Of a stretch of DNA of 64,000 bases, positions 1 to 8,966 are shown one piece after another (the first letter of the stretch is position 1; each line of letters begins with the position of its first letter). This DNA comes from Sphingomonas sp. (lineage in GTDB: Bacteria; Pseudomonadota; Alphaproteobacteria; Sphingomonadales; Sphingomonadaceae): positions 303,641 to 367,640 of the forward strand of contig CBDCNF010000008.1 of the NCBI GenBank assembly GCA_965219285.1. Reading direction: 5' to 3'. Both the position numbers and the translations under genes were made by a program. Below the pieces are notes generated by a model. The model worked only from the letters and a program-made list of their open reading frames with translations. It had not been told where the DNA came from and did not search any database.

Positions 1-1735
1 CAACGTTCCGGCCCACACCGAGCAGGGCGATCTCGAACGAGCGATGCGTGATGCCGCGGCCACAATCGATGTGACCTACACTACGCCGAGTCAGAACTCG
101 GCTGCGATGGAGCCCCACGCTTCGATCGCGACCTGGGACGACGACGGCGCCCTCACATTATATGGCGCGTACCAGATGCCAACCTCGGATTCGCAGCAGC
201 TTGCCAAGGCGCTGGGGGTGTCCGCGAAAAAGGTGCGGATCGTCGCGCATTATATCGGCGGGGGGTTTGGTTCGAAACTCGGCATCGCGCCCGAAAGCGT
301 CGCCGCGGCGATCGCCGCAAAGCAGCTGGGTCGTCCGGTCAAAGCGGTGATGATGCGTCAGCAGGTCTTCGACGCGACCGTTCGCCGATCGAACACGTCG
401 CAGCGGATGCGGCTGGCGGCTACAGCGGAAGGCAAGATCACCGGCATCGGCCACGAGACGACCGCGTCGAACCTCGAGACCGAGGATTTCTTCGAGCCCG
501 CCGGGATATCGACGCATTTCCTTTATTCGGGCGAAAACCGGCTCATCACGCACGATCTGGTGCGGCTGAATTGGCTGCTATCTGGATCGATGCGCGCGCC
601 CGGAGAGGCGGTCGGACTGCTAGGCCTCGAAGGCGCAATGGACGAACTCGCCGAAAAACTGGGCATCGACCCGATCGAGTTGCGACGGATCAACGAGCCG
701 GATCGTGATCCGCAGAAAGACATCGCCTTCTCGTCGCGCTCGCTGATCCGGGCACTCGACGAGGGTGCCGGAAGATTTGGCTGGACTGGGCGCAATCCGA
801 AACCCGCGAGCAATCGCGAAGGTGAGTGGCTGATCGGAATGGGCGTTGCCGCCGCTGCCCGGTCGAACCTGCTGATGGAAACCTCTGCCAAAGTTGCGAT
901 CCGGCCGGACGGGAGCGCCGCCGTGTCCTCGGCAATGACAGACATTGGCACCGGCAGCTATACGATCTTGACCCAGATCGCGTCGGAGCTTCTCGGGATC
1001 CCGATGGACCGGATCACGATGATGTTGGGTGATACCAATGACGTGCCCGCCGCGGGCTCGGGAGGATCGTGGGGCGCGTGTTCGTCCGGGTCGGCGATTT
1101 ATATCGCGTGCGAGGCGCTACGCGGAAAGCTCGCCAAGGCCATGGACGTGGCGGAGGACGCGCTGACGCTGAAGGACGGCATGGCGATCGGGGACAATCG
1201 CTTCACGCCGATCGCCGAACTGGTCGGCGAAGGGATCGAGGCGATCGGTACGATCAAACCGGGCAAGCAGGAGAAAAAGTTCACGCAGGCTTCGTATGGC
1301 GCGCATTTCGCGGAGGTCGCAGTCAACGCGGTGACCGGCGAAACCAGAGTAAGGCGGATGCTTGGGGTTTTCGCTGCCGGTCGCATCTTGAACGAAAAGA
1401 CGGCGCGATCGCAGTGTCTTGGTGGCATGACCTTTGGCATCGGCGGGGCGCTGACCGAAGATTTGATCCACGACAAGCGTACCGGAAAGATCGTCAACCG
1501 CGATCTCGCCGAATATCACGTCCCCGTAAATGCCGACGTACCGCAACTGGAGGTCGTGTTCCTGCCCGAACGCGACATCCACGCAAACCCGATCCATGCC
1601 AAGGGGATCGGCGAACTCGGCATCTGCGGCGCGGGGGCCGCCATCGCCAACGCCGTCTACAATGCGACGGGGATTCGGGTGCGCGATTTCCCGATCACCC
1701 TCGACAAGCTGCTCGGCGGTTTGCCAGACCTTTAA
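1..1735 (+). CDS. xanthine dehydrogenase/aldehyde oxidase family molybdopterin-binding subunit (5' end outside window)
   Basis: ORF 44..1735 stays open back to nt 2 in the same frame. The translation carries large-subunit signatures: YIGGGFGSK, AAGSGGSWGA, HAKGIGELG. Confidence 0.85.
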   Translation, partial: NVPAHTEQGDLERAMRDAAATIDVTYTTPSQNSAAMEPHASIATWDDDGALTLYGAYQMPTSDSQQLAKALGVSAKKVRIVAHYIGGGFGSKLGIAPESVAAAIAAKQLGRPVKAVMMRQQVFDATVRRSNTSQRMRLAATAEGKITGIGHETTASNLETEDFFEPAGISTHFLYSGENRLITHDLVRLNWLLSGSMRAPGEAVGLLGLEGAMDELAEKLGIDPIELRRINEPDRDPQKDIAFSSRSLIRALDEGAGRFGWTGRNPKPASNREGEWLIGMGVAAAARSNLLMETSAKVAIRPDGSAAVSSAMTDIGTGSYTILTQIASELLGIPMDRITMMLGDTNDVPAAGSGGSWGACSSGSAIYIACEALRGKLAKAMDVAEDALTLKDGMAIGDNRFTPIAELVGEGIEAIGTIKPGKQEKKFTQASYGAHFAEVAVNAVTGETRVRRMLGVFAAGRILNEKTARSQCLGGMTFGIGGALTEDLIHDKRTGKIVNRDLAEYHVPVNADVPQLEVVFLPERDIHANPIHAKGIGELGICGAGAAIANAVYNATGIRVRDFPITLDKLLGGLPDL

Positions 1736-1837
1736 CGCTGGGCAGCGATGGTTACTACGCGATGCATACGGAACCATGCCGGATTTCTGCCGCCAACATG
1801 ATAGGAAAATAAATCTGGTGCGGCGGCGGGAATTGAC

Positions 1838-4162
1838 ATGAGCGACAGCGAAACGGATCAACTGCCGCATTCCGCAGGCGCAGCCGGTGGTTGGGGATCG
1901 CTGAAAAGTATCGCCCGGATCTTCGGCGAAAGTTGGCCGACTCCGGCAGCAATCGCTTCGCTGCAGAGCCAGAACAAGCCGAAAGGAGTCATGTGCGTAT
2001 CATGCGCGTGGCCCAAACCGGCCAATTATTCGGCGTTCGAATTCTGCGAAAACGGCGCCAAAGCAACGCTGTGGGAGTTGACGAGCGCACGTTGCGGACC
2101 CGAATTCTGGGCCGATCCCGAACACAGCGTCACGGCTTTGCGCGACTGGAAAGACCACGACCTGGAAATGACCGGGCGGCTGACCCATCCGCTTCGCTAC
2201 GACGCTGCAACCGACCGCTATGTCGAGGTAGATTGGGACGAGGCGTTTGCCGGGATCGCCGCCGCGCTGGAGCCGATCGAGCCAAACGCTGCGGTGTTTT
2301 ACGCCTCCGGACACGCTGGCCTCGAAGCGTCGTATCTCTACGCTTTGCTCGCTCGCTGCTTTGGAACCAACAATCTGCCGCAAAGCTCGAATATGTGCCA
2401 TGAAACCACCTCGGTTGGTCTGACCAAGGTAATCGGATCGCCGGTCGGTACGATCGTGTGGGACGATCTGGCAAAGACCGACGCCTTTTTCTTCTTCGGG
2501 CAGAACCCGGGCACCAACAGCCCGCGCTTTCTGCGGCCTCTGAAGGAAGCCAAGGATCGCGGCGCACGAATCGTGACCTTCAACCCGATCATCGAACAGG
2601 GGCTGGTATCGTTCGTCGATCCGCAGAGTCCGGCTGGGATGTTGACGGGCAGGGAGACGAAGATCTCCGACCAATATCATCAGCTCAAGGCGGGCGGCGA
2701 CGTCGCCGCGATCCTCGGCATTTGCAAGTGCGTCGTCGAGGCGGATGATATGGCGAGGTCAGCCGGCACGGCCGAGATCATCGACCACGCGTTTATCCAG
2801 CAGCACACAATCGGCTTTGACGATTTCATCGCCTGCTGCCGCGCCAGCGACTGGGCCAAGATCGAGCTGGAAAGCGGACTCACCGAAGCCGCGCTGCGCG
2901 ATGCGGCGCAGGTCTACATCGAGGCCGAAACGGCGATCGGCGTCTACGGTATGGGTCTCACCCAGCACACGCACGGCGCGCTTAACATCGCGATGTTGGT
3001 GAACCTGCTACTGCTGCGCGGCAACATCGGCAAGGCAGGTGCGGGCTGTTGCCCGGTACGTGGACACAGCAATATTCAGGGTCAACGCACCGTCGGGATA
3101 GCGGAGAAAGCGCATCTGGTCCCGCTCGACAAAATCGACGCGCTATTCGGCATCACGTCGCCGCGCGATGACGGGATGCCGATCGTCGATGCGGTCGAGG
3201 CGTTGATCGTCGGCAGAGTCGAAGCGTTCATTTCGCTCGGCGGCAATCTCCTTCGCGCGGTCCCGGATCAGAAGCGGATGGAGCAGGCTTGGGCGGCGCA
3301 GGCGCTGACAGTAATGGTATCGACTAAGCTCAACCGCAGCCACCTGTTTCCCGGCAGGCATGCCTATATCCTGCCGTGCCTCGGCCGTTTCGAGGCCGAC
3401 GAACAGGCGAGCGGCAATCAGACGGTCACCACCGAGGACAGCTTTTCGATGATCAGCGGCTCGATAGGAGACCGCAAGCCGGTGTCGGCTCTTGTCAAAA
3501 GCGAACTCGCGATCGTCACCGGCATCGCCAAGGCAATCGTCGCGCCCAACCCGCTGCTGAAATGGGACGAATGGACCGCCGATTACGGCTTGGTCCGAGA
3601 TCTGATTGAGGAGACTTATCCAGACGACTTTCGCGACTTCAACAAGCGGATGTACGATGCCGGCGGGTTTTACCGCGGTAATGGCGCGCACGAGCGTGTT
3701 TGGGAAACGGAGTCGGGAAAAGCGGTATTCACGACGCCGGGCCAGCTGAATTCCCTCGGGTTCCAAGATGCGCCGGGGCGGTACCGACTTACAACGATGC
3801 GCTCGAATGATCAGTTCAACACGACGATCTACGGTCTGTCGGATCGGTTTCGCGGCATTGAGGGGACTCGCGACGTGCTTCTGATGAATCCGGAAGATAT
3901 TGCGGAGGAAGGGTTGAGCGACGGGCAGATCGTAAGGATGACCACCGACATCGACGATGGCGTGGATCGCCATCTCGGCGGCTTGACGCTTACGGCCTAT
4001 CGCATTCCGAGCGGCACGGTTGCGTCTTACTATCCCGAATGCAACGTGCTCGTACCGATCGGTCATCACGATACATTGTCGAAGACGCCGGCATCCAAAT
4101 CGATACCTGTCCGGATCGCCGCCGATGACCAAGACACGGATTTCGTCGTGGAGGTTAAGTGA
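1838..4162 (+). CDS. FdhF/YdeP-family molybdopterin (bis-MGD) oxidoreductase
   Basis: 774 aa. The N-terminus (GGWGSLKS...CVSCAWPKP) and overall length are typical of YdeP-like formate-dehydrogenase-related enzymes. Its stop overlaps the fdhD start (GTGA at 4159-4162). Confidence 0.85.
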   Translation: MSDSETDQLPHSAGAAGGWGSLKSIARIFGESWPTPAAIASLQSQNKPKGVMCVSCAWPKPANYSAFEFCENGAKATLWELTSARCGPEFWADPEHSVTALRDWKDHDLEMTGRLTHPLRYDAATDRYVEVDWDEAFAGIAAALEPIEPNAAVFYASGHAGLEASYLYALLARCFGTNNLPQSSNMCHETTSVGLTKVIGSPVGTIVWDDLAKTDAFFFFGQNPGTNSPRFLRPLKEAKDRGARIVTFNPIIEQGLVSFVDPQSPAGMLTGRETKISDQYHQLKAGGDVAAILGICKCVVEADDMARSAGTAEIIDHAFIQQHTIGFDDFIACCRASDWAKIELESGLTEAALRDAAQVYIEAETAIGVYGMGLTQHTHGALNIAMLVNLLLLRGNIGKAGAGCCPVRGHSNIQGQRTVGIAEKAHLVPLDKIDALFGITSPRDDGMPIVDAVEALIVGRVEAFISLGGNLLRAVPDQKRMEQAWAAQALTVMVSTKLNRSHLFPGRHAYILPCLGRFEADEQASGNQTVTTEDSFSMISGSIGDRKPVSALVKSELAIVTGIAKAIVAPNPLLKWDEWTADYGLVRDLIEETYPDDFRDFNKRMYDAGGFYRGNGAHERVWETESGKAVFTTPGQLNSLGFQDAPGRYRLTTMRSNDQFNTTIYGLSDRFRGIEGTRDVLLMNPEDIAEEGLSDGQIVRMTTDIDDGVDRHLGGLTLTAYRIPSGTVASYYPECNVLVPIGHHDTLSKTPASKSIPVRIAADDQDTDFVVEVK

Positions 4163-4837
4163 GCGGGTCGACCGCACAAGCCTTCGAACGGATATTGCCG
4201 GACGGGAGACGCCTGCCGATCGAGCGCGCCGTCCCGATCGAGCGCCCAATCGCGATCGAGTTCAACGGGCTTGGCTATGCGGTAATGATGGCGACCCCGT
4301 GCGACATCGAAGATTTCGTTATCGGGTTCGCCCTTGGTGAGCGATTGATCGCCGGTTTGGACGACATCGTGGCGATCGATCGTCATCTAGCGGACCAAGG
4401 CAACATCGTGCGGGTCACGCTGGCCGGAGAGCGAGCCGCTGCGCTCCACGACCGGGTGAGACACCGCACATCGGATTCGTCGTGTGGACTGTGTGGCATC
4501 GAGAACCTGGAGCAGGCCTTGCGACCGCTGCCCCGGGTTAGCGCGGGAGCGCCGGTCGATCCCGGTGCGATCTTTCGCGCGATCGCGGTGTTAAAAGACT
4601 ATCAGCAGCTCAACCGGGAAACCGGCGCGGTTCACGCCGCGGCGCGTTGCTCGGCGGCGGGAGAAATCCTCGACGTTCGCGAGGACGTCGGACGGCACAA
4701 CGCGTTCGACAAGCTGATCGGGGCCATGCTTCGGAGGCCCAGCGAATGGCGCGACGGCTTCGCCTTGTTAAGCTCGCGATGTTCTTATGAACCGCCCCGG
4801 GTTTGTCGGAGGCTCCAACTCCTGAGAAGGTGGAGCC

Positions 4838-5167
4838 ATGACGAGCAAGACGACGAACAAGTTTGCGCCCGAGGTCCGCGAGCGAGCGGTGCGGATGGTT
4901 TTCGATCACGAGCGGGATCACCCGTCCAGGTGGGCGACCGTGGTATCGATTGCCGAGAAGATCGGCTGCGTTCCGCAGACGCTGCATGAGTGGGTGAAGA
5001 AGGCCGAGATCGACAGCGGCAAGCGCGGCGGTGTCCCGACCGAGGTGGCCGACAAGGTGAAGGCGCTGGAGCGCGAGGTCCGTGAGCTGCGACAGGCCAA
5101 CGAGATACTGCGCAAGGCATCGGCATATTTCGCGCAGGCGGAGCTCGACCGCCCGTTCCGGCGATGA
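4838..5167 (+). CDS. IS3-family transposase OrfA (HTH/leucine-zipper part)
   Basis: 109 aa with ...[13 protein letters not shown]...[22 protein letters not shown], a typical IS3 OrfA. Confidence 0.9.
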   Translation: MTSKTTNKFAPEVRERAVRMVFDHERDHPSRWATVVSIAEKIGCVPQTLHEWVKKAEIDSGKRGGVPTEVADKVKALEREVRELRQANEILRKASAYFAQAELDRPFRR

Positions 5168-6069
5168 TCGCTTTCATTGACGATTACCGCAATGCCTATG
5201 GGGTCGAGCCGATCTGCCGTGTCCTGCCGATCGCCCCATCCACCTACTACGAGCACGTCGCGCAGCGACAGGATCCATCGCGTCTGTCGGCACGGGCGCG
5301 TGAGGATATGATCCTCAAGCCCGAGATCGCTCGCGTGTTCGCCGAGAACTTCGCGGTTTACGGCGTGCGCAAGGTATGGCGGCAGATGATGCGGGAGGGC
5401 TTTGTGATCGCCCGTTGCACCGTCGAACGGCTGATGCATGAGATGGGCTTGGCAGGGGTAATTCGCGGCAAGCCGGTGCGCACGACCATCAGCGACAAAG
5501 CGGCGCCGTGCCCGCGCGATCACGTCAACCGGCAGTTCTACGCCCCGGCGCCGAACATGCTGTGGGTGTCGGACTTCACCTACGTCGCGACCTGGGCGGG
5601 GTTCGTCTACGTTGCCTTCGTCATCGATACCTACGCCAGGCGGATCGTAGGCTGGCGCGCCAGCAGGACGGCGCACGCCAGCTTCGTCTTGGATGCGCTC
5701 GAACAGGCGCTTCACGATCGCCGTCCGACCCATCGGGGTGGCCTGATCCATCATAGCGACCGTGGGTCGCAATACGTGTCTATCAAGTACACCGACCGCC
5801 TTGCCGAGGCCGGCATCGAGCCATCGGTCGGCAGTGTCGGCGACAGCTACGACAACGCCTTGGCCGAGACCATCAACGGTCTCTATAAAGCCGAGGTGAT
5901 CCACAGGCGTGGGCCATGGCGCAGCTTCGAGGCTGTCGAATATGCTACGCTCGAATGGGTCGACTGGTTCAACCATCGGCGGCTGCTCGAGCCCATCGGC
6001 AACATCCCGCCTGCCGAAGCCGAAGATCAATATTATGCTGCCGCAGACAACATCAATATGGCAGCATGA
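5164..6069 (+). CDS. IS3-family transposase OrfB (DDE integrase core)
   Basis: 301 aa with [17 protein letters not shown] and [11 protein letters not shown] motifs. It lies in the -1 frame relative to orfA. The orfB frame is also open upstream of its ATG. Confidence 0.9.
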   Translation: MIAFIDDYRNAYGVEPICRVLPIAPSTYYEHVAQRQDPSRLSARAREDMILKPEIARVFAENFAVYGVRKVWRQMMREGFVIARCTVERLMHEMGLAGVIRGKPVRTTISDKAAPCPRDHVNRQFYAPAPNMLWVSDFTYVATWAGFVYVAFVIDTYARRIVGWRASRTAHASFVLDALEQALHDRRPTHRGGLIHHSDRGSQYVSIKYTDRLAEAGIEPSVGSVGDSYDNALAETINGLYKAEVIHRRGPWRSFEAVEYATLEWVDWFNHRRLLEPIGNIPPAEAEDQYYAAADNINMAA

Positions 6070-6282
6070 CTCACTACCCAAGGCCTCCGGCAAAACCGGA
6101 GCGGTTCATTACGAACTGGTCGAAAAAGCCGTGCTTTCAGGTTGCTCCACACTTGTCACCATCTCCGCCGCGACCGACCTGGCGATCGAGCGGGCGCGGT
6201 CCTGCGGGCTGACGCTGATGCCGCTCTCCCGGCCGGACGCGATCCTGCGCGTCGCGACAACGTAAGAACGGATGGGGCAATC

Positions 6283-7074
6283 CTAGGCGCCGCAGACAGA
6301 AGGCAGGCTTGCAGCACTCTGATGAGCCCGTTGTTCGGGAAGGGAGACCTTTGGAAGGGTGCGGAAGCCGGGGCGGGCGAGCAAATACCCCTGCATATAG
6401 CGAACACCAATCGAGCGAAGCGCGTCGTACTCTTCTACGGTTTCGATACCCTCTGCGATCACTTTCATTTTCATCCGGCCAAACATGTTGACCAGACCTT
6501 CGACGATCATGCGGCGAGGCAGACTGACGTCGAGATCTCGGATCAGGTCCATGTCGAGTTTGACGATATCGGTCTGAAACCGTGACAGGAGGGCGATGCC
6601 CGCATGTCCGGCACCGAAATCGTCGATCGCCGTGTAGAAACCCATGCGGCGATAGGTGTCCACGATGTTGGCGACATGGCCCGAATCGACCATCTCCTCA
6701 TTCTCTGTGAACTCGAAGATCAAGCGATCGGAAGGAAACCCGACCGCCGACGCGGTCTTGAGAGTAAGCTGGATACAGGCGACCGGCGAATACACTGCGT
6801 TAGGCAGGAAGTTGATCGACAGGCGTGCACCGGTATCGAGAATGCCCGCGCAAACCGCCTGTTCGATGGCGGCCACGCGGCACTGCTGGTCGAACGCGTA
6901 ACGGTTCTCCATCGTGACTGCGGCCAACACGGTCGCCGCACCCCCGCCGTCTGGCCCGCGCACGAGCGCCTCGTATGCCCACACTTCGCCGGTCTCGACA
7001 TCGACGATTGGCTGGAACGCCATTGCGAGATCGAATCGATTAGCCGCCGTTCGACACCCTTCACACCCGCTCAT
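6283..7074 (-). CDS. stand-alone EAL-domain protein (putative c-di-GMP phosphodiesterase)
   Basis: 263 aa with AYEALVRG, NFLPN, EFTENE, DDFGAGHAG, VKLD, AEGIET and QGY motifs all present. Confidence 0.85.
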   Translation of the reverse strand: MSGCEGCRTAANRFDLAMAFQPIVDVETGEVWAYEALVRGPDGGGAATVLAAVTMENRYAFDQQCRVAAIEQAVCAGILDTGARLSINFLPNAVYSPVACIQLTLKTASAVGFPSDRLIFEFTENEEMVDSGHVANIVDTYRRMGFYTAIDDFGAGHAGIALLSRFQTDIVKLDMDLIRDLDVSLPRRMIVEGLVNMFGRMKMKVIAEGIETVEEYDALRSIGVRYMQGYLLARPGFRTLPKVSLPEQRAHQSAASLPSVCGA

Positions 7075-7099
7075 AAATATCTCCTCCGGCGAGATATTT
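7075..7099 (-). promoter_or_regulatory. AT-rich 9-bp perfect hairpin abutting the EAL start codon, with the SD in its loop and 3' arm
   Basis: mRNA sense reads AAAUAUCUC-GCCGGAG-GAGAUAUUU-AUG. GGAGGA spans the junction of the loop and the 3' arm. Confidence 0.35.
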
Positions 7100-7370
7100 A
7101 CAGGAATCCTCTAATTTTTTGTGCCTACTCCGCATCGGTGTTCAACATCTGAAATGGCCTCGCAATCTGAGGGGTGTGTCGTCAACGCACTTTCGGGTGG
7201 ATGATCTCGCCAGGCATCTGATGCTGGCGCTCGCTAGGGCCGACATAATCGGTACGGCAACGGACCGTTCGGTTTTAGGTCTGGCGTTGGTTCGATTCAA
7301 TTGAGAATGGAAGCGCCACAATAAGTCAGCGCGCTCGACCATCGATCCGCCGTGCGGCGGACTGAAATTC

Positions 7371-7665
7371 GTGATGGCAACGGCTTTAGGACTCAATCAC
7401 CGAATCGCTTTAACGGACGACAACGGCAAGCGTCACGTTGTGGCGACCCGAAGCCTTCTACGTCGTCGAAGGGGAGCAGTGCTTAAAAACGCCCTCCGAC
7501 AAGCGCAAGATCAAAGCTGGCGGCACCTATATTGTGCAGAGCGGCGTTCATCTGCAGACGGCTCCGCATGGTCGCCGGAACCTGGTGCTCATTATCGCTC
7601 CGAAAAGTGCGCCCTTCGTGATCCCGGGTGGAGGCGAGTGGGTGCCCACAGATTTCTGCAACTGA
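7371..7665 (+). pseudogene. possible small cupin-fold gene, either frameshifted or starting at TTG 7438
   Basis: ORF 7438..7665 reads ...PEAFYVVEGE...AGGTYIVQSGVHLQ..., like cupin motifs. A plausible N-terminus (LNHRIALTDDNGKRHV) sits in another frame in ORF 7371... The local GC is low. Confidence 0.3.
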
Positions 7666-7739
7666 GCGCCATTGCGTTGCTCCGGCGACTTTAGGCTAAG
7701 ACAGGAACAAATTGCTATTAACGTCGCTGGATTTATCGT

Positions 7740-8966
7740 TTGAGCTGTATCGAGTGCCCTGGCTGCGGGACGATTCACGATGTGCTGCCAGTTCCCCGCG
7801 GCGCGCGGGCGAACTGCGTGGTTTGCGGCACAACGCTCGAGCGGGTGCACGGCACGAGCATCGCGGCGGCGGGAGCGCTCGCCTTGACGACGACGCTGCT
7901 GCTGATCCCGGCGATCGCGTTGCCGCTTTACCGGGTCGAACTGCTCGCCGGATCGCGCGGCAGCCGGGTGGTGTCGGGCGCCGACCTGTTCTGGGTGCAG
8001 GGTTGGCCGCTGCCGGCGGTCGCGATGCTGCTGTTCGTCGCGATCCTGCCGTTGCTGCGCTTCGGTCTGTTGTCGGCCGTCTTTGTGTCGCTACGGTTGG
8101 GTCGGCGATGGCGCGGCATGGGCGCGGCCTTTCGGGTCGCACAGACACTCGCCGTATGGGCGATGCCGGAGGTGATGCTGCTCGGCATCGTCGTTGCGTA
8201 CGGACGACTGGCGGCGATGTTCGACCTGAAGACCGGTGGTGGCGCCTATTTCATGGCGGCGGCCACGCTCGGCGCGCTGCTGTGCCGTGCGCTGATCAAC
8301 GAACGCGCGGTGTGGCGCGCGATCATGCCGGAAAATGCGCGGCCGGTCGGCGCGGCATTATCGTGCCAGTCCTGCGCTTTGGTGCTTCCCGCGACCCGCG
8401 ATGGATCGGATTGCCCGCGCTGCAACGCGCGACTTGAGCCGCGAACCGCCAACAGCCTGATGGTGACGACCGCGCTCGTGATCGGCGGGATGATCTTCTA
8501 CCTTCCAGCCAATCTGCTGCCGATGGCGCAGACCATCCAGTTGACCGATGCCGGTGCCTATACGGTCCTCGGCGGGGTGATCGAGTTCGTTCAGGCCAAT
8601 CTGATCGGGCTGGCGTTGTTGGTGTTCGTCGCCAGCTTCGCGATTCCCCTGCTCAAGCTGGCGGGAATGGCCTGGCTGCTCTGGTCGGTGCATAGCGGGT
8701 CCACGAAAGCGCTCAAGCTCAAGACCAAGCTCCATCATATCATCCATGAGGTCGGCCGCTGGTCGATGGTCGATGTGTTGGCGATCGGCACCTTCGTGCC
8801 GCTGATGCAGTTCGATCAATTGGCCAACGCGAAGGCGATGCCGGGCATGGCGGCGTTTTTGGGGGTAGTGATTTTGACGATGTTCTCGACGCACAATTTC
8901 GACACGCGCCTGCTGTGGGATGCGAAAAAGCGCATCGACCGCAGCGAACGGGCGGTCGCGGCATGA
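7740..8966 (+). CDS. pqiA: paraquat-inducible protein A (two PqiA repeats)
   Basis: 408 aa. It has two Cys-pair modules (CPGCG...CVVCG and CQSC...CPRC), each followed by hydrophobic helices. It apparently uses a TTG start. Confidence 0.85.
   Translation: MSCIECPGCGTIHDVLPVPRGARANCVVCGTTLERVHGTSIAAAGALALTTTLLLIPAIALPLYRVELLAGSRGSRVVSGADLFWVQGWPLPAVAMLLFVAILPLLRFGLLSAVFVSLRLGRRWRGMGAAFRVAQTLAVWAMPEVMLLGIVVAYGRLAAMFDLKTGGGAYFMAAATLGALLCRALINERAVWRAIMPENARPVGAALSCQSCALVLPATRDGSDCPRCNARLEPRTANSLMVTTALVIGGMIFYLPANLLPMAQTIQLTDAGAYTVLGGVIEFVQANLIGLALLVFVASFAIPLLKLAGMAWLLWSVHSGSTKALKLKTKLHHIIHEVGRWSMVDVLAIGTFVPLMQFDQLANAKAMPGMAAFLGVVILTMFSTHNFDTRLLWDAKKRIDRSERAVAA

Larger units (their letters stand above)
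4788..6108 (+). mobile_element. IS3-family insertion sequence (1321 bp), apparently intact
   Basis: Terminal inverted repeats are TGAACCGCCCCGGGTTTGTCGGAGGC (left) and TGAACCGCTCCGGTTTTGCCGGAGGC (reverse complement of right), 23/26 identical. A 3-bp direct repeat TTA flanks the element (4785-4787 and 6109-6111). orfA and orfB sit in 0/-1 frames. Confidence 0.9.
4159..6265 (+). pseudogene. fdhD: fdhD (formate dehydrogenase accessory sulfurtransferase) interrupted by an IS3-family element; coding segments 4159..4787 and 6109..6265
   Basis: The N-terminal part ends ...ALLSSRCSY(E) at 4787. The C-terminal continuation YELVEKAVLSGCSTLVTISAATDLAIERARSCGLTLMPLSRPDAILRVATT lies in ORF 5909..6265. 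Removing 4788..6108 plus one TTA copy restores cga tgt tct tac gaa ctg gtc (RCSYELV) in frame. SSCGLCG and GRHNAFDK motifs are present. Confidence 0.9.

Noticed and set aside
4159-4989. The 276-aa fdhD ORF as listed, and ORF 5909..6265 as an independent gene.
   Set aside because: The last ~67 codons of the first ORF are read from the IS3 left end. The second ORF's first ~67 codons are read from the IS3 right end. Together they are the two halves of one interrupted fdhD gene.
5101-5170. A canonical IS3 programmed -1 frameshift heptamer (A AAA AAG) in the orfA/orfB overlap.
   Set aside because: No such heptamer is present. The junction is a plain ATGA overlap, although the orfB frame is open upstream. 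I therefore describe the two ORFs separately and make no frameshift-site claim.
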